A stretch of 64,000 nucleotides of DNA from Squalus acanthias (GCA_030390025.1 CM059453.1:3720001-3784000); one strand, 5' to 3'; numbered from the stretch's first letter, positions 26,158 to 40,385 are shown. Translations and numbers: made by a program. Notes: generated from the sequence alone by a model not told the origin.

Positions 26158-26729
26158 CTAAGTAAATCACAAGGGTATAAGCAGATTGAAATGTCATTGG
26201 TCTCCTGAGCAAAATGCGAAAGGATAGTTACAGGTCATCACACGCAGGAACATCAGCAAAGAAAGACAGGTAATTAATACTGAAGTAATTAGGGGAGAGG
26301 GGTGATGATTTGAGCTTGTTGGAGCAGTTGGCCATTGCCTGAAAGCCCTTAGGTATATGTTGGTACCTGGTTCTGATTGGCGTATCTGGTTTAGCTTGGC
26401 AACAGCATGGCCATTCAGGTTGTCTAGTGCCTGATAATCCTGTTATAACTATTTACAGGCGAATTATACTCGCAGCACATGTGGAGATTGGATCCCCACA
26501 CGTTTCTTTTCTGACGAACTAGATTTCATTCTAAACATACCACAGGCTCCATCCGACAACCCAACAAAGAAAAAGTATTTATGAGAATGAGTTGATTTAA
26601 CTAGCATATGTAACAGCATTGTACACACACGTGTGAATATATACACATATATATATAGGTGTGTGCGCGCGCGCCATCATAATGCACAAATTCATATAAT
26701 AACAAAAAACAGAATTTTGTTTTACTCAC

Positions 26730-26969
26730 CCAAAGCCAATCTACAAGTCCCTGCGGAGATTACGTGCTGTCCGGTGCACAGTAGTTCCATTGGTGTGTTG
26801 AGATATTTCTTTCCAATGGTGTAACGTTGTTCCTTTGATCCAGTTAGAGTGACCGAGTCAACCGTGAGCGCAATGGTAGTGTTCGGTACCCCACCCGCCC
26901 AGGAGCAGCACAAGTCCAATTGGTCTCCTCTGTCTGTGGCATCACACGTGATCTGTTCTGAAGGTTGCT
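26730..26969 (-). CDS. Exon 8: short Cys-rich Ig domain (VSIG10/VSIG10L-like)
   Basis: ttttgtcctgcgcacag| ... G|gtgag; 240 nt; ITC...LCCSWAGGVP...LLCTGQH...C resembles the CxWxGGxP domain of VSIG10/VSIG10L. Confidence 0.85.
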
Positions 26970-27949
26970 CTGTGCGCAGGACAAAAAATAATCTTCGTTC
27001 ATTGATCATGCTTTTTGCTTCCTTTAATTTAAAGAAATGTGACTTTTGATGGGACCGAATACAGGTTTCCACAGTTGCGTGCAGTCGTTTGTCTCAATGC
27101 CTCAGACTCTGCGCTGAAGATGAACTCGGAGCACATCAAGCTGAAATGAAAAGGGTAAGAGGAGATCTGGAGGAGGAGTTCACAATAATGAATCGTTCTG
27201 ATAATTTAACTGTTGCAAGAATCTCTTTGTGAGATCTTTGATGCCAAATGGCTCGACATTGACCCATATTGGTGGCAATGGTTAATAGTTTACTGAGCAC
27301 AAGCAAGAATCAATGTAATTACTGTATCGTAAGCAGAATTTACAAGGTAAAATTACGAGTTAAAGTACCCCGTTTATTCCTTGGGTAAAAGTCACGGTAA
27401 GAATTGTCTGCAACCATCTGGCCGTGCCTCGGGCCCGTATTCGCCTCTGAGTGTCTCCGAGATTTACTTGAATCCTCCTCAGTCTTCTTCTACACTTAAA
27501 CCCTACTGGTGTCCCTTTCTTATACCATTTCTTTCAATTCAAATCTATGGAGCTTGACCCGAATCTGTCACTCAACTTCTCATCCTCCCCTGATAGGCCC
27601 TCTCACTGCTCCTCTGATCTCACACCGTCCCTCACCTTCTGTTACTTTCCACTGAAGAATACCTATTTCCAGAGATGTTATTTGTGGCTCACGCTCCCCT
27701 TCTTATCTATTCAGTGAAACTCCCTCATCAGTCTGGTTCCTATGGTTGCATAGATTCCCTCCCCAGCTACGGCTTGTTTTACTCAACTTATTAAACTCCT
27801 CTCTGTTCAAGGTATGTGACTTCATGCCTTTTCACTGTGTTTTGTTCAGCTACAGTCTACTCTGATAAAAATGTCAAGCTCATCATTCTTTTTCCCATCA
27901 CTCTTTTCGCTAAGCTGGTTACTTTGCCATGTAAGCTAATTCTAATGGC

Positions 27950-28062
27950 ATCTATATATATATATGTGTGTGTGTGTGTGCGTGTGTGTGTAAGTGTTAA
28001 TAAACAAGTTAGTAACTGCATGTATATATATGTATATATATATATATATATATATGTGTGTA
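27950..28062. repeat. (TA)n/(TG)n microsatellites
   Basis: Direct observation. Confidence 0.9.
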
Positions 28063-29481
28063 TAAAGCAAATAAATGTTAATAGACAAATTATTAAGTAA
28101 ATTGACTATAATCTTACACAAGGGGGGAAACTATTTCCTCCGGCTGGCCTCCGACATTCTACCCTACGTTAACTTGAGGTCATCTGTAACTCTGCCGCCC
28201 GTGTTCGAACTCGCACCAAGTCCCGTTCACCCATCACACCTCTGCTCGCTGACCTTCAATGGCTGCCGGTTAAGCAACGCCTCGATTTTAAAATTCAGAT
28301 CCTTCTTTTCAAATTCCTCCATGGTTTAGCCTCTCCCCATCTATGTCATCTCCTCCAACCCCACAACCGCCCCCCCCCCCCACCCCACCCCGAGATATCT
28401 GCGCGCCTCTAATTCTGGCCTGTTTGAGCATTCCTGATTATAATCGCTCAACCATTGACGGTCGTGCCTTCAGCTGCCTGGGGCCGAAACTCCGGAGTTC
28501 CCGCCCTACACCTCTCCGCCTCGCTACCGTTCTTTCCTCCCTTAAGACGCACCTTAAAACCTACCTCTTTGACCAAGCTTTTGGTCACCTGCCATAATAT
28601 CTCCTTATGTGGCTCGGTGTCAAATTTTGTTATATAACGCTCCTGTGAAGCGCCTTGGGGTATTTTACTATGTTAAAGGTGCTAATTAAATATAAATACA
28701 AGTTGTTATTGGTGTTGTTGTGGTGAAGAAGTCGTCAATCAGAGGCCGTCAGCTTAAAGGTGTTTCCAAATTGGGAAGTTGGATTATTTTTGTGTTACAT
28801 GGAGCGTTGTTGTGCCATGCAATGCCAGAAAGAGTAGTGGAAGCAAATCCACAGTAACTGTTAAAAAGAGAGAGACTGAATATATGATAAAGAAAAAAAG
28901 TATCACTGGGAACGAGTAGGGCTTTGGGACAGAGAACAAGCAAAGCGCCCTGGTGCGAGTGGGCCCCCTTTTGTGCTGAAGTCTCTCTGATTCCATGAAA
29001 ATACACAGGCAATCCAGCTCACTCACCTAACATTAAAACATAAACTGGGAGCATTCTGGATATAGGAGAGACCACAAGCTACACATGACTTCATAAAGGG
29101 GAAATTGAAGCAAAGAAATGCAAAAGAGGCGGGTCAGACAAGCGTCTTGTCGTAATTGAAGATGTAAGAAATATCATGCTGAGTCTTAAATACCGGAAAC
29201 CCTTAAGGTTTATTACTTTGGGTGAGGAACTGGTGAGTTAAGTTCAATGTTCTCCTTTGCCTCCGAAGGACAGATTATTATACATCAAAACCATTCAAAG
29301 TTAGTGCACTCGATCCTCCAGACCACAGCCTACTGATAGAGGGAGAGTGACAGAGAGACACAGAGAGGGAGAGAGAGGGAGATAGAGAGAAGCAGAGAGA
29401 GAGAGTGTGTTAGATACACAAAACCTCCCAACGTAACATGCAACTACGAGGAAGAAGCATTGTCCTTGTCAACTAACTTAC

Positions 29482-29766
29482 TGTATACAAGGATTGAAAC
29501 GACTGAATCGTTGCTTTTCTTGGTATAACTGTTCTCTGCAAAGCAGGTATAATTCCCAGTGTTGCTGAACGCCGCGCTTTGTATCACATGAGTGGATTTT
29601 TTGCCCGTTGTGTCTCCATTGTGCAGCCAGGTGTAGTTACAGTCTGGAACAGACTGAGTCTGACAGAGCAGAGTCACTGCAGCCCCTTCCTTCACACAAT
29701 ACTGTCCCGGGTATTTGCTACCGCACCGCTCGGCAGTGGTACTTGTCTGGGCTGAGTCGGGTCCAT
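29482..29766 (-). CDS. Exon 7: Ig C2 domain starting YGPD (CEACAM B-type), with extra Cys
   Basis: tttcctatttag| ... A|gtaag; 285 nt; YGPDSAQTSTTAERCGSKYPGQYCVKEGAAVTLLC...YTW...GNYTC. Confidence 0.9.
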
Positions 29767-30605
29767 CTAAATAGGAAATAGCGATGGGATTAATGCAGAT
29801 AGATAAATAACAGGTCGATGAAAATCCGTGAGGAACGTAAATAGATTGAAATTTGTCCTGGGCCGTCGTGGAAAGCGGGCGATGGCAAATCGGTGGCCCG
29901 TGTTATACTCTGGGGGATTGAATGGAAAATAAATTTGGGCGGAGTGTAAGACGGGCTGGACTTGGTCGGTAGCACATGGGCAGCCCCTTACACTTCAATT
30001 ACCCTCAATGGAACTGAAGATCAGGCGTTGCGCACCCACCCAAAACCAATTTCTAAAATTACCCAGATTAACATTGCGAACATTTCTTCAACCCATAATA
30101 GAACCGACACAACAAAACATTCAAACAGCTCTTCATTCACATTCGGTTAAGATAAATTTAAGCACTGCTGGTCGAGCAACAGGACAGCGGAGAAATTTTT
30201 CACCCAGAGGGTGGTGGGGGTTCTGGAACTCACTGTCTGAAAGGGTGGTAGAGGCAGAAACCCTCATCACATTTAAAAAGAACTTGCATATGCACTTGAA
30301 GTGCCCGAGCCTACAGGGCTACGGACCAAGAGCTGGAAAGTGGGATTAGGCTCGATAGCTCTTTTTCGGCCGGCACAGACACGATGGGCTGAATGGCCTC
30401 CTTCTGTGCCGTAAATGTCTATGATTCTGTGATCTAAAGAAGTATTCAGTTGCCAGCAACTTGTGTTCTTCCTATCTTCCAATCAGAACGGTAATCTAAA
30501 TAAATGGTGCAGTTTCTACAGTATGTGAATTAAATGTTATGTTTTATTTCCGATTTTTTAATATAGTTTCATCGACTTTTAATGGCATTATTTGAATTTA
30601 CTCAC

Positions 30606-30890
30606 AGTAAATCGTTAAATTGACTGCTGTGCTGCGATCACTGCTCACGGCATTCGTGGCTATGCAGATTAACCCTTCACCATCGGATCTGAGCACGGGT
30701 CTGATTGTCAGGCCGCTGTGATCTGCAGAAAGTGTATATCGTGGGTTTTCCGGTAAAGGTTTTTCAGCAGCGCTCCAGGAGTAGGTTGGGGAGGTTCCCC
30801 CGGCTGCACACTTCAGGGTCACAGTATCTTTATCCTCCACAGATCCAACTGACGTTGGACTTATACTGACACTCACATTGGATATCCGAG
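30606..30890 (-). CDS. Exon 6: Ig C2-type domain 4
   Basis: ttttttttacag| ... T|gtgag; 285 nt; VTLKC...YSW...KPLPENPRYTLSAD...LIC. Confidence 0.9.
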
Positions 30891-31714
30891 CTGTAAAAAA
30901 AAATGAATACAGGAAAATGTCATGGGGAGCTTTGACATTTACATCACATTTAGCTTTGCTTTTGATGTAGCTACAATGGACGGATAGGGAACGAAAAAGG
31001 AGAGGGGGTTATCAGTACTGATCGAAGATACAGTTACAGTACTGGAAAGGGGTGATGACGGCTCTGGGGCAGAATCTATTTGGGTAGCGTTAGAAGCAGA
31101 AGAGGAGCTGTTGTGCTGCTGGGTGTGTACTTTCGACCTCAAAGAGTGGGAAGGAGATGGAGGAGCAAAACTGCAAGCAAATTTCGGAAAGATGTGAGAA
31201 CAATTGAGTCGTGGTAATGGGGAACTTCAATTATCCTGACACATACTGCAGTACAAAGACAGTGCAAAGGGCAAGGGTGTGCGTGTGTGGGAGTGTGTGG
31301 CAGGGTGGACAATGCTGAAATGTGTACAGGAGAACTTTCTTAATCAGTGTGTTTCCCACCCAACGAGGAAGGAAGCGGTACTGTATCTAGTCCTGGGAAA
31401 TGAAGTGCAGCAGTTGGAAGCCTACAAGGAGGAGATAGTTCGGGTGCAGACTAAACAAATTCCTACGAGGGTGGAAGCAACGGCGTCCAAAGGTCGGGCT
31501 CCCTGTGTGACGAAAGAAACTGAGATTAAAATTACAGGAAAAAGAGGTTATGATAAACTTCAGGTCCATATTGCAGAAAAGAATCAAGCCGAATGCAAAA
31601 AGTGCAGAGGAGAACTGAGAAAGGAACTAAGAGGGGCTGAGTTTACATTTTTCTCATTAGCAAACGTAGCATAAAGAGAACGTTAAAGTCTTTCATAAAC
31701 ATGTAAAGAGTAAT

Positions 31715-32270
31715 AAAGCCTTTCCACAATCTACAAGGCACAAGTCAGGAGTGTGATGGAATACTCTCCACTTGCCTGGATGAGTGCAGCTCCAACAACA
31801 CTCAAGAAGCTCGACACCATCCAGGACAAAGCAACCAGTTTGATTGGCACCCCATCCACCATCTTAAACATTCACTCCCGCCACCACCGGCGTACCGTGG
31901 CTGCAGTGTGTACCATCTACAAGATGCACTGCAGCAACTCGCCAAGTCTTCTTCGGCAGCACCTGCCAAACCCACGACCTCTTCCACCTAGAAGGACAAG
32001 GGCAGCAGGCGCATGGGAACACCACCACCTCCAAGTTCCCCTCCAAGCCACACACCATCCTGATTTAGAAGTATATGGCCGATCCTTCATCGTCGCCGGG
32101 TCAAAATCCTGGAACTCCCTACCTAACAGCACTGTGGGCGCACCTTCACCACATGGACTGCAGCGGTTCAAAAGGCGGCTCACCACCACCTTCTCAAGGG
32201 CAATTAGGAATGGGCAATAAATGCTGGGCTTACCAGCGACGCCCAGATTGCATAAGCGAATAAGAAAAAA
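31715..32270 (+). mobile_element. 3' fragment of a different jockey-group LINE (also near 14105-14380 +, 25415-25700 -, 46130-46280 -, 49585-49870 -)
   Basis: IYKAQVRSVMEYSPLAW...HHRRTVAAVCTIYKMH is an RT C-terminus; near-identical 3' ends recur. Confidence 0.75.
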
Positions 32271-33349
32271 GTAAAAGGTTAGTCAAAGGAATGGTGGGCC
32301 GATTAGAGACCAAAATGGGAATGTTCGTGTGCAGGCAGAGGACACTAAATGAATAGTGTTCCAGACTGCCTGTCTTTTCTGATCGTCAAGTACCCTGGAA
32401 TACTTAGTTCCAAACTTTGGTCACCTTGCAACCACGTCTCTGTAATGGCTATTAGATCAAAGCCATTTATCTCTATTTGTTCCATTAACTCGGCTATCTA
32501 GTTATGAATGCTTCGTGCATTCAGATAAAGAGCCTTTAATTTTGACTTTTTACCATTATTTCTTGCTTTCGCCTTATTCACTGATGCACTTTTACCGTTA
32601 AACTCTCTGGGTGAGAAATGCATGTACTAACTGCCACTCCGTAGCGCCATGAAATTACAATAAAATGGTGGCCGCCACGCTTTCGCCAGCTGAAGGCAGT
32701 TCCAGCGGCAGCCACCATATACCTCTTCCCCTTAGCGCTGCCGGTAACTGGCAGCGCCCTGCAATGAAATGCTTTCTTGGTTACATCAATCAGTGTGCAA
32801 TGCGGATTAACGTCACCAACTCGAACTTTGGCCCAAGCTCTGAATTCAGCGCTTGGGGCCGACGCACACCAGGTGACTTAATGTGCAAGCAGATTGACAG
32901 TGGCTGACAGTGGCAATGTCTGCAGCTCTTAATGGTACACACACTTCATTGAGGTAAGTTTGAATTGAAGGGTTTGCACTGTTTTTTTTATTTTATTGAA
33001 GTGTTGTCTTGCTGCAATAGATGTGAATAAATTTTAAGTGTGTAGGCAGTGCTGCTGGACACTTGCAATGGCTCGGATGGTAAATGAAGGCCTTGAGAAG
33101 ACAGAACATGCTGCGAATACTCAGCAGGTCACACAACATCCGTAGAGAAAGAAACAGAATTTACGTCTCAGGTCGACATGCTGCATGACCAAATGAGTAT
33201 TTCCAGCATTTTATGGTGTAATTTCAAATTTACAGCATCCGCTTGCAGAGGGAAGAGGATGACGTGGAAAAGAAGGAAGCTGAAGAGGACGAATCAGGTG
33301 CATCCCAGACAGCCCCTTTGTGGCCGGGATATCCCGGTTGGAATTATAG

Positions 33350-34770
33350 TGTCATAAAGTCATAGAGTTATACAACACAGAAAGAGGCCCTTCAGCCCAT
33401 TGTGTCTGCGCCGGCCATCAAGCCCTGTCTATTCTAATACCATTTCTCAGCACTTGGTCCGTAGCCTTGTTTCAAGTGCTCATCTAAATGCTTCTTGAAT
33501 TTTGTGAATGTTCCTGCCTCTACCACCCTTTCAGGCAGTGACTTCCAGATTCCAACCACCCTCTGGGTGAAAAAGTATTTCCTCAAATCCCCTCTAAACC
33601 TCCTGCCCCTTACCTTGAAACTATACTCCCTGGTTATTGACCCCTCTATTAAGGGGAAAAGTTCCTTTCTATCGACCCTATCTATGCCCCTCATAATTTT
33701 GTACACCTCAATCAGGTCCCCCCTCAGCCATCTCTGCTCTAAGGAAAACAACCCCAGCCTGTCCAGTCTCTCTTCATATCTGAAGCGCTCCAGCCCAGAT
33801 AACATCCTGGTGAATCTCCTCTGCAACTGCTCCAATGCCGTCACATCCTTCCTATAGTGTGACGACCAGAACTGCACACAGTATTCCAGCTGTGGCCTAA
33901 CTAGCGTTTTGTACAGCTCCATCATAACCTCCCTGCTCTTATATTCTATGCCTCGGCTAATGAAGGCAAGTATCCCATATGCCTTTTTAACCACCTTATC
34001 TACCTGTCCTGCTGCCTTCAGGGATCTATGTACAAGCATACCAGGGTCCCTCTGATCCTCTGTCCTTCCTAGGGTCCTACCATTCATTGTGTATTCCCTT
34101 GCCTTGTTAGTCCTCCCAAGATTCATCACCTCACATTTTTCAGGGTTAAATTCCATTTGCCACTGTTCTGCCCATCTAACCATCCCATCTATATCGTCCT
34201 GTAGTCTGAGGCTTTCCTCCTCACTATTTACCACTCCACCAATTTTCGTGTCATCTGTGAACTTACTGATCATACCTCCTACATTCATATCTAAATCATT
34301 AATGTACACTACAAACAGCAAAGGACCCAGCACTTATCCCTGCGGAACACCACTGGACACAGGCTTCCAGTCACAAAAACAACCTTCGACGATGATCTCA
34401 TTGAAACATATAAGATTCGGAGGGGGATTGACAGCGTAGCTGAGAAGTTGTTTCCCCTGGCTAGAGAGTCTAGAACTAGGGGGCACAGTCTCAGAATAAC
34501 GGGTCGGCCATTTAAGACTGAGATGAGGAGGAATTTCTTCACTCAGAGGGTTGCGATTCTTTGCAATTCTCTACCCCAGCGGGCTGCGGATGTTGAATCT
34601 TAGATTACATTCAAGGCTGAGATAGATAGATTTTTGGTCTCTAGGGGAATCGAGGTATATGGGGATCGGGCGGGAAAGTGGAGTTGAGGTCGAAGATCAG
34701 CCATGATCTTATTGAATGTCGGAGCAGGCCCGAGGGGCCGAATGGCCGACTCCTGCTCCTAATTCTTATG
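33350..34770. mobile_element. Two abutting CR1 3' fragments in opposite orientation (- 33350-34390; + 34395-34770)
   Basis: 299-aa RT C-terminal ORF on the minus strand; + strand 3'UTR and tail similar to 40000-40385. Confidence 0.88.
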
Positions 34771-34824
34771 CTTTTAAAAGGCCGCTTTGAATCAATTGCC
34801 AAAGTCTAATATTTCCCCACTTAC

Positions 34825-35080
34825 CAAAAATCTTTAAAGTGACCGCTTTGCCTTGAGCGTTACTCACAGCGTTGCTTGCTGTGCAGACAAACTCTTTGCT
34901 GTCAGTTGTTTTCACTGGTCTGATTGACAGGCTGCTGTTATCTGCAGAAAGTGTGTACCGCGGCTTCCCATCGTAGTTCCACGAATAGGTGGGATCAGTT
35001 CCCTTTGCTGAACATTTCAGAGTCACGTCATCTACATTTTCAGTATATATGTCCTTCGCTGGACTGATACTGATTCCCAC
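34825..35080 (-). pseudogene. Tandem partial duplicate of exon 5 without an acceptor
   Basis: Starts 4 nt after the exon 5 end; lacks the first 14 nt and the acceptor; has a 15-nt deletion (LLKNP); keeps its own G|gtaag donor; out of frame with exon 5 read-through. Confidence 0.85.
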
Positions 35081-35084
35081 TTAC

Positions 35085-35369
35085 CGAAAATCTTTAAAGT
35101 CACCGCTTTGCCTTTAGCGCTATTCACAGCGTTGCTTGCTGTGCAGACAAACTCTTTGTTGTCAGTTGTTTTCACTGGTCTGATTGACAGGCTGCTGTTA
35201 TCTGCAGAAAGTGTGTACCGCGGATTCTTCAGTAAAGGCTTCCCATCGTAGTTCCACGAATAGGTGGGATCAGTTCCCTTTGCTGAACATTTCAGAGTCA
35301 CGTCATCTACATTTTCAGTATATATGTCCTTCGCTGGACTGATACTGATTCCCACGTTCGATACTCGGG
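35085..35369 (-). CDS. Exon 5: Ig C2-type domain 3
   Basis: ttattttgcag| ... G|gtaag; 285 nt; ARVSNVGISISPAKD...VTLKC...YSW...FVC. Confidence 0.88.
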
Positions 35370-36064
35370 CTGCAAAATAAATATTTGTGAAAAATATGTT
35401 CCTGCTGCATTAATATTAACCTCAGTACTTCTTTCTGGTGGACAGGCGTGTTTTTGGAAAGCTTTGTTTTAAAGAATAATATACATGAGTATAGTTTGGA
35501 ACAGAAATATAACTGAATACGGTATAATTCTTCCAATAGGGACCTGACTAAGGAGCGGGTCCAGATGTTGTATTTGTTTGGGAAAAGTTGATGAAATATT
35601 CTTTGCACCGTGATGGTCTTGAGGATGGGTCCAGAGGAATGTGATATTTAACAAGCAGTTTTAAAGCTGGGATATGGGAGACATTGAAAGATGTCCACTT
35701 GAATATTATTGGGGTTAGGAAGTAAAAGATCGCGATCTCTCTCGCGGCTCAATAATTGGGACAGAACACTCGATGGTTTGAATTGAGTCTGAAACTTGAT
35801 GGGCGTTCAAAGGAAAACTGGATTTCAGAGCTCAACATTGTAGGAAACGCGGCAGCCACTTTGCGCAAGGACCTCAATGAGATAATGGGCCGGAATTCCG
35901 ATCTCTACTGGTGTGTACGCGCTGTGTACCCATCGAAAATGTCGGTTTCAGGCATGCACTGCCCATGACAGATCCTCCGGCTGCCCTGGAGAAGGGCCTC
36001 TGCAGGCGGATAGTTCCGCTTTCTAAAGACCCTCCGCCCGCAGAAAACCCTTACAATTCTTACG

Positions 36065-39000
36065 CCCGGGAGCAGTCCTGAATTGAAGCAGCGGCAGTGC
36101 GAGGCTCCGATTCAAAAAGTGCATCAAAGAGTGGCGTCACAGGAGAGCAGCTAGGTGATTGGTTGATGAGTATTGCAGCTCTTTGTTGCTCTCTAAGTTA
36201 GGGAAGGGGGTTAATTAAGATTTGAGAATCTTTAACTTGCTAGTACTTATTAAATTAATAATTTGAACTAAATACAATAATCAAAGAATAAACCTGAAAA
36301 TATCGATTGAATAAAATCTTGAACGAATTAATTAATAAATAAATAAAACAAGTTTAGAGATGACAGGGCAGGTGTTGTGTCATAACTGCAGCATGTGAGA
36401 GTCTGTGGAGAGCAACGCGATCCCGAGCAACCACATCTGCACTAAGTGTCTGCAACTCGAGGAACTTCGGCACAGAATTGTTGAGCTGGAGTGCGAGCTG
36501 CAGATATTGCGATGCATCAGGGAGGGGGAGAGTTACCTGGGCACTTTGTTCCAGGAGGCAGTCACACCCTTTAGGTTAAGTAGTACTTTAGAGTCCGTCA
36601 GGGACAGGAGGGTGTGACTGCGAGTCAGGAAGGTATGGGGACCCAGGATGTAGTGATGGAGGAGCCTCAGCCCTGGACCTTGTCCAAAAGGTACGAGGTA
36701 CTTCCTACCTGTATTGATGAGGAAAAGGACTGCAGGGACGATGGGCAAACTGACCACGGCACTGTGGTACAGGGGGCCATCCAAGTGGGGGGAGAAGGAA
36801 GGAATGTGGCAATAGTAGGGAACAGTATAGTCAGGGGGATAGATGCTGTTACCTGCAGCTGTGAAAGTGAGTCCCGAAGGCTGTGTTGCCTGCCCGGTGT
36901 CAGGGTTAAGGATATCTCCTCACGGCTGGAGAATAACTTGGAGTGGGAGGGGGAGGATCCAGTTGTCGTGTTCCATGAAGGAAACAACGATATAGTTAAA
37001 ACTAACAATGAGGTTCTGCTGAGGGAGTTTGAGGAGCTAGGATCTAAATTAATAAGTAGAACAACAAGGGTAAATTCTCTGGATTACTATCTGAGCCAGG
37101 CGCAAATTGGCATAGGGTCTAGCAGATCAGAGAGTTAAATGCGTGGCTCAAAGAGTGGTGTGGGAAAAGGGGGTTTCAATTCATGGGGCACTGGCAGCAG
37201 TATTGGGGAAAGAGGGAGCTGTTCCATCGGGACGGGCTCCACTTAAACTGGGCTAGGACTAGCATCCTGGCGAATTGAATAACTAGGGCTGTAGATAGGG
37301 CTTTAAACTAAACAAAGGGGGGGAGGGGTCAGGTAAGGAGAAATTTAGAAATTTAAAGAGGAAGGCCAGGGCAACAGAGCCGTGTAGCGTTTTGGGTAAA
37401 AATAAGCAGAGTGTGACAGGAAGGGACAGAGAGTTTAATGGTAGCAGTGCAGCAGAGAATAAGGTCAAAGCAGGGAATAATGGTAACTTTTTAAATTAAA
37501 GCACTTTATCTGAATGCACGAAGCATTCGTAACAAGATAGACGAACTAATGGCACAAATAGAGATAAATGGGTTTGATCTAATAGACATTACAGAGACAT
37601 GGTTGCAAGGTGGCCAAGGTTGGGAACTTAATGTTCCAGGGTACTGGACGTTTCAAAAAGACAGGCAGAATGGAAAAGGAGGGGGAGTAGCTCTGATAAT
37701 AAAGGATGACCCAAGGACAGTAGTGAGAAAGGATCTCGGCTCAGAAGATCAGGAAGTAAAATCAGTATGGGTGGAGATAAGGAATAACAAGGGGCAGAAA
37801 ATATTGGTAGGAGTAGTATATAGCCCCCCTAACAGTAGCTGTACTGTAGGGACAGAATATTAATCAAGAAATAGTAGGAGCAAGTAACAAGGTAATGCAA
37901 TCGTCTTTGGGGACTTTAATCTTCATATTGACTGGATAAATCAAATTGGCAAAGGTAGTCTGTAGGACGAGTTCATGGAATGCATTCGGGACAGTTTCCT
38001 CGAACAATATGTCATGGAACCAAACAGGGAACAGGCTATTTTAGATCTTGTACTGTGTAATGAGCCAGGGTTAATTTGCAATCTCATAGTAAAGAACCCT
38101 CTGGGGCAGAGTGATCATGATATGACAAGATTTCACGTTAATTTTGAGAGTGACTTTCTTAAGTCCGAAACTAGAGTCTTAAACTTAAAGAAAGGCAATT
38201 ACAGAGGTATGAAGGGCGAGTTGGATAAGGTATATTGGAAAAATAGATTAACAGGTATGGCGGTAGATAAGCTGTGGCTAGCATTTAAAGAAATATTTCA
38301 TAATTCTCAACAAAAATACATTCCATTGAGAAACAAAAACTCCACGGGAAAAGTGATCCAACCATGGCTAACTAAAGAAGTTAAGAAAAGTATTAGATTG
38401 AAAGAAGAGACTCATAATGTTGCAAAGAATAATAGTAAGCCTGAGGATTGGGAGAGTTTCAGAAACCAAAAACGTTGACCAAAAACTTAATAAAAGGGAA
38501 AATATAGAATATGAGAGAAAACTAGCAAGAAATATAAAAGCAGATTGTAAGAGCTTCTATAAGTATGTAAAAAGGAAGAGAGTGGCAAAAGTAAACGTTG
38601 GTCCCTTAGAGGCGGAGACAGGAGAAATTATTATGGGGAATAAGGGAATGGCAGAAACGATAAACAAATATTTTGTATCTGTCTTCAAAGTAGAAGACAC
38701 AAAAAGCATACCAAAAATGGTGGGGAACCAAGGGTCAAATGAGGGTGAGCAACTTAACGTAATTAATATAAGTAGCAAAAAAGTACTAGAGAAACTAATG
38801 AGACTAAAAGCAAACAAATCCCCTGGACCTGACGGCTAAAGGGTTCTAAAAGAGGTGATTGAAGAGATAGTGGATGCATTGGTTTTGATCTTCCTAAATC
38901 CCCCAGATTCTAGAATGGTCGCAGTGGATTCGAAGGTCACAAATGTAACACTACTATTCAAGAAAGAAGGGAGAGAAAAAAGAGGGAACTACAGGCCAGT

Positions 39001-40385
39001 TAGCCTAACATCAGTCATCGGGAAAATGCTGGAATCCGTTGTTAAGGAAGTGGTATCAGGGCACTTAGAAAATCATAACATGATTAGGCAGAGTCAAAAT
39101 GGTTTTATGAAAGGGAAATCGTGTTTGAAAAAATTATTAGAGTTTTTTGAGGATGTAACTAGAAGGGTAGATAAAGGGGAAACAGTGAATGTAGTATATT
39201 TGGATTTCCAAATGGCATTCGATAAGATGCCACCTGAAAGGTAATTACACAAGATTAGGGCTCATGGTGTCCGGGGTAATATAATAGCATGGATAGAGGA
39301 TTGGTTAACGGACAGAAAACAGAGAGTAGGGTTAAACGGATCTTTTTCAGGTTGGCAGGCTGTAACTAGTGGGGTGTCACAAGGATCAGTGTTGGGGCCT
39401 TATTTATTTACAATCTATATTAATGATCTAGATGAAGGGACCGAATGTAATGTATCCAAGTTTGCTGATGATACAAAGCTAGGTTGGACAGTAATCTGTG
39501 AGGAGAACACAAAGAGTCTGCAAAGGGATACAGATAGACTAAGTGAGTGGGAGTAAGTGGCAGATGGAGTATAATGTAGGGAAATGTGAGGTTATTCACT
39601 TTGGTAGGAAGAATAGAAAAACAGAATATTTTTTAGAAGGTGAGAAACTTTCAAATGTTGGTGTTCAGAGAGATTTGGGTGTCCTCGTGCAAGAAACACA
39701 GAAAGCTAGCATGCAGGTACAGCAAGCAATAAGGAAGGCAAACGGCATGTTGGCCTTTATTGCAAGAGGGTTGGAGTATCAGAGTAAGGAAGTCTTGCTA
39801 CAATTTTACAGGGCCTTGGTGAGACCACACCTGGAGTACTGTGCACAGTTTTGGTCTTCTTATTTAAGGAAGGATATACTTGCCTTGGAGGCGCTGCAAC
39901 TAGATTGATTCCTGGGATGAGAGGGCTGTCCTATGATGAGAGATTGTGTAGAATGGGCCTATACACGCTGCAGTTTAGAAGAATGAGATGTGATCTCGTT
40001 GAAACATACACGATTCTGAAGGGAATTGACAGGGTAGATGCTGAGAGGTTGTTTCCTCTGGCTGGCGTGCATAGAACTAGAGGGCATCGTCTCAGGATAA
40101 GGGGTAGGCCATTTAAGACTGAGATGAGGAGGAATTTCTGCACTCAGAGGGTTGTGAATCTTTAGAATTCTCTGCTCCAGAGGGCTGTGAATGCTGAATC
40201 TTTGAATATATTCAAGGCTGAGATAGATAGATTTTTGGACTCTCGGGGAATCAAGGGATATGGAGATCGCGCGGGAAAGTGGAGTTGAGGTCGATGATTA
40301 GCCATGATCTTATTGAATGGTGGAGCAGGATCGAGGGGCCGTATGGCCTACTTCTGCTCTTATTTCTTATGTTCTTATGTTCTTA
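36065..40385 (+). mobile_element. Near full-length decayed CR1 LINE (5'UTR, ORF1 with Cys motif, zipper and esterase; ORF2 APE+RT)
   Basis: CxxC...CxxC then leucine heptads; GNSIVRG and HEGNND (degenerate SGNH esterase); ORF2 fragments with stops; (TTCTTATG)n tail. Confidence 0.93.
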
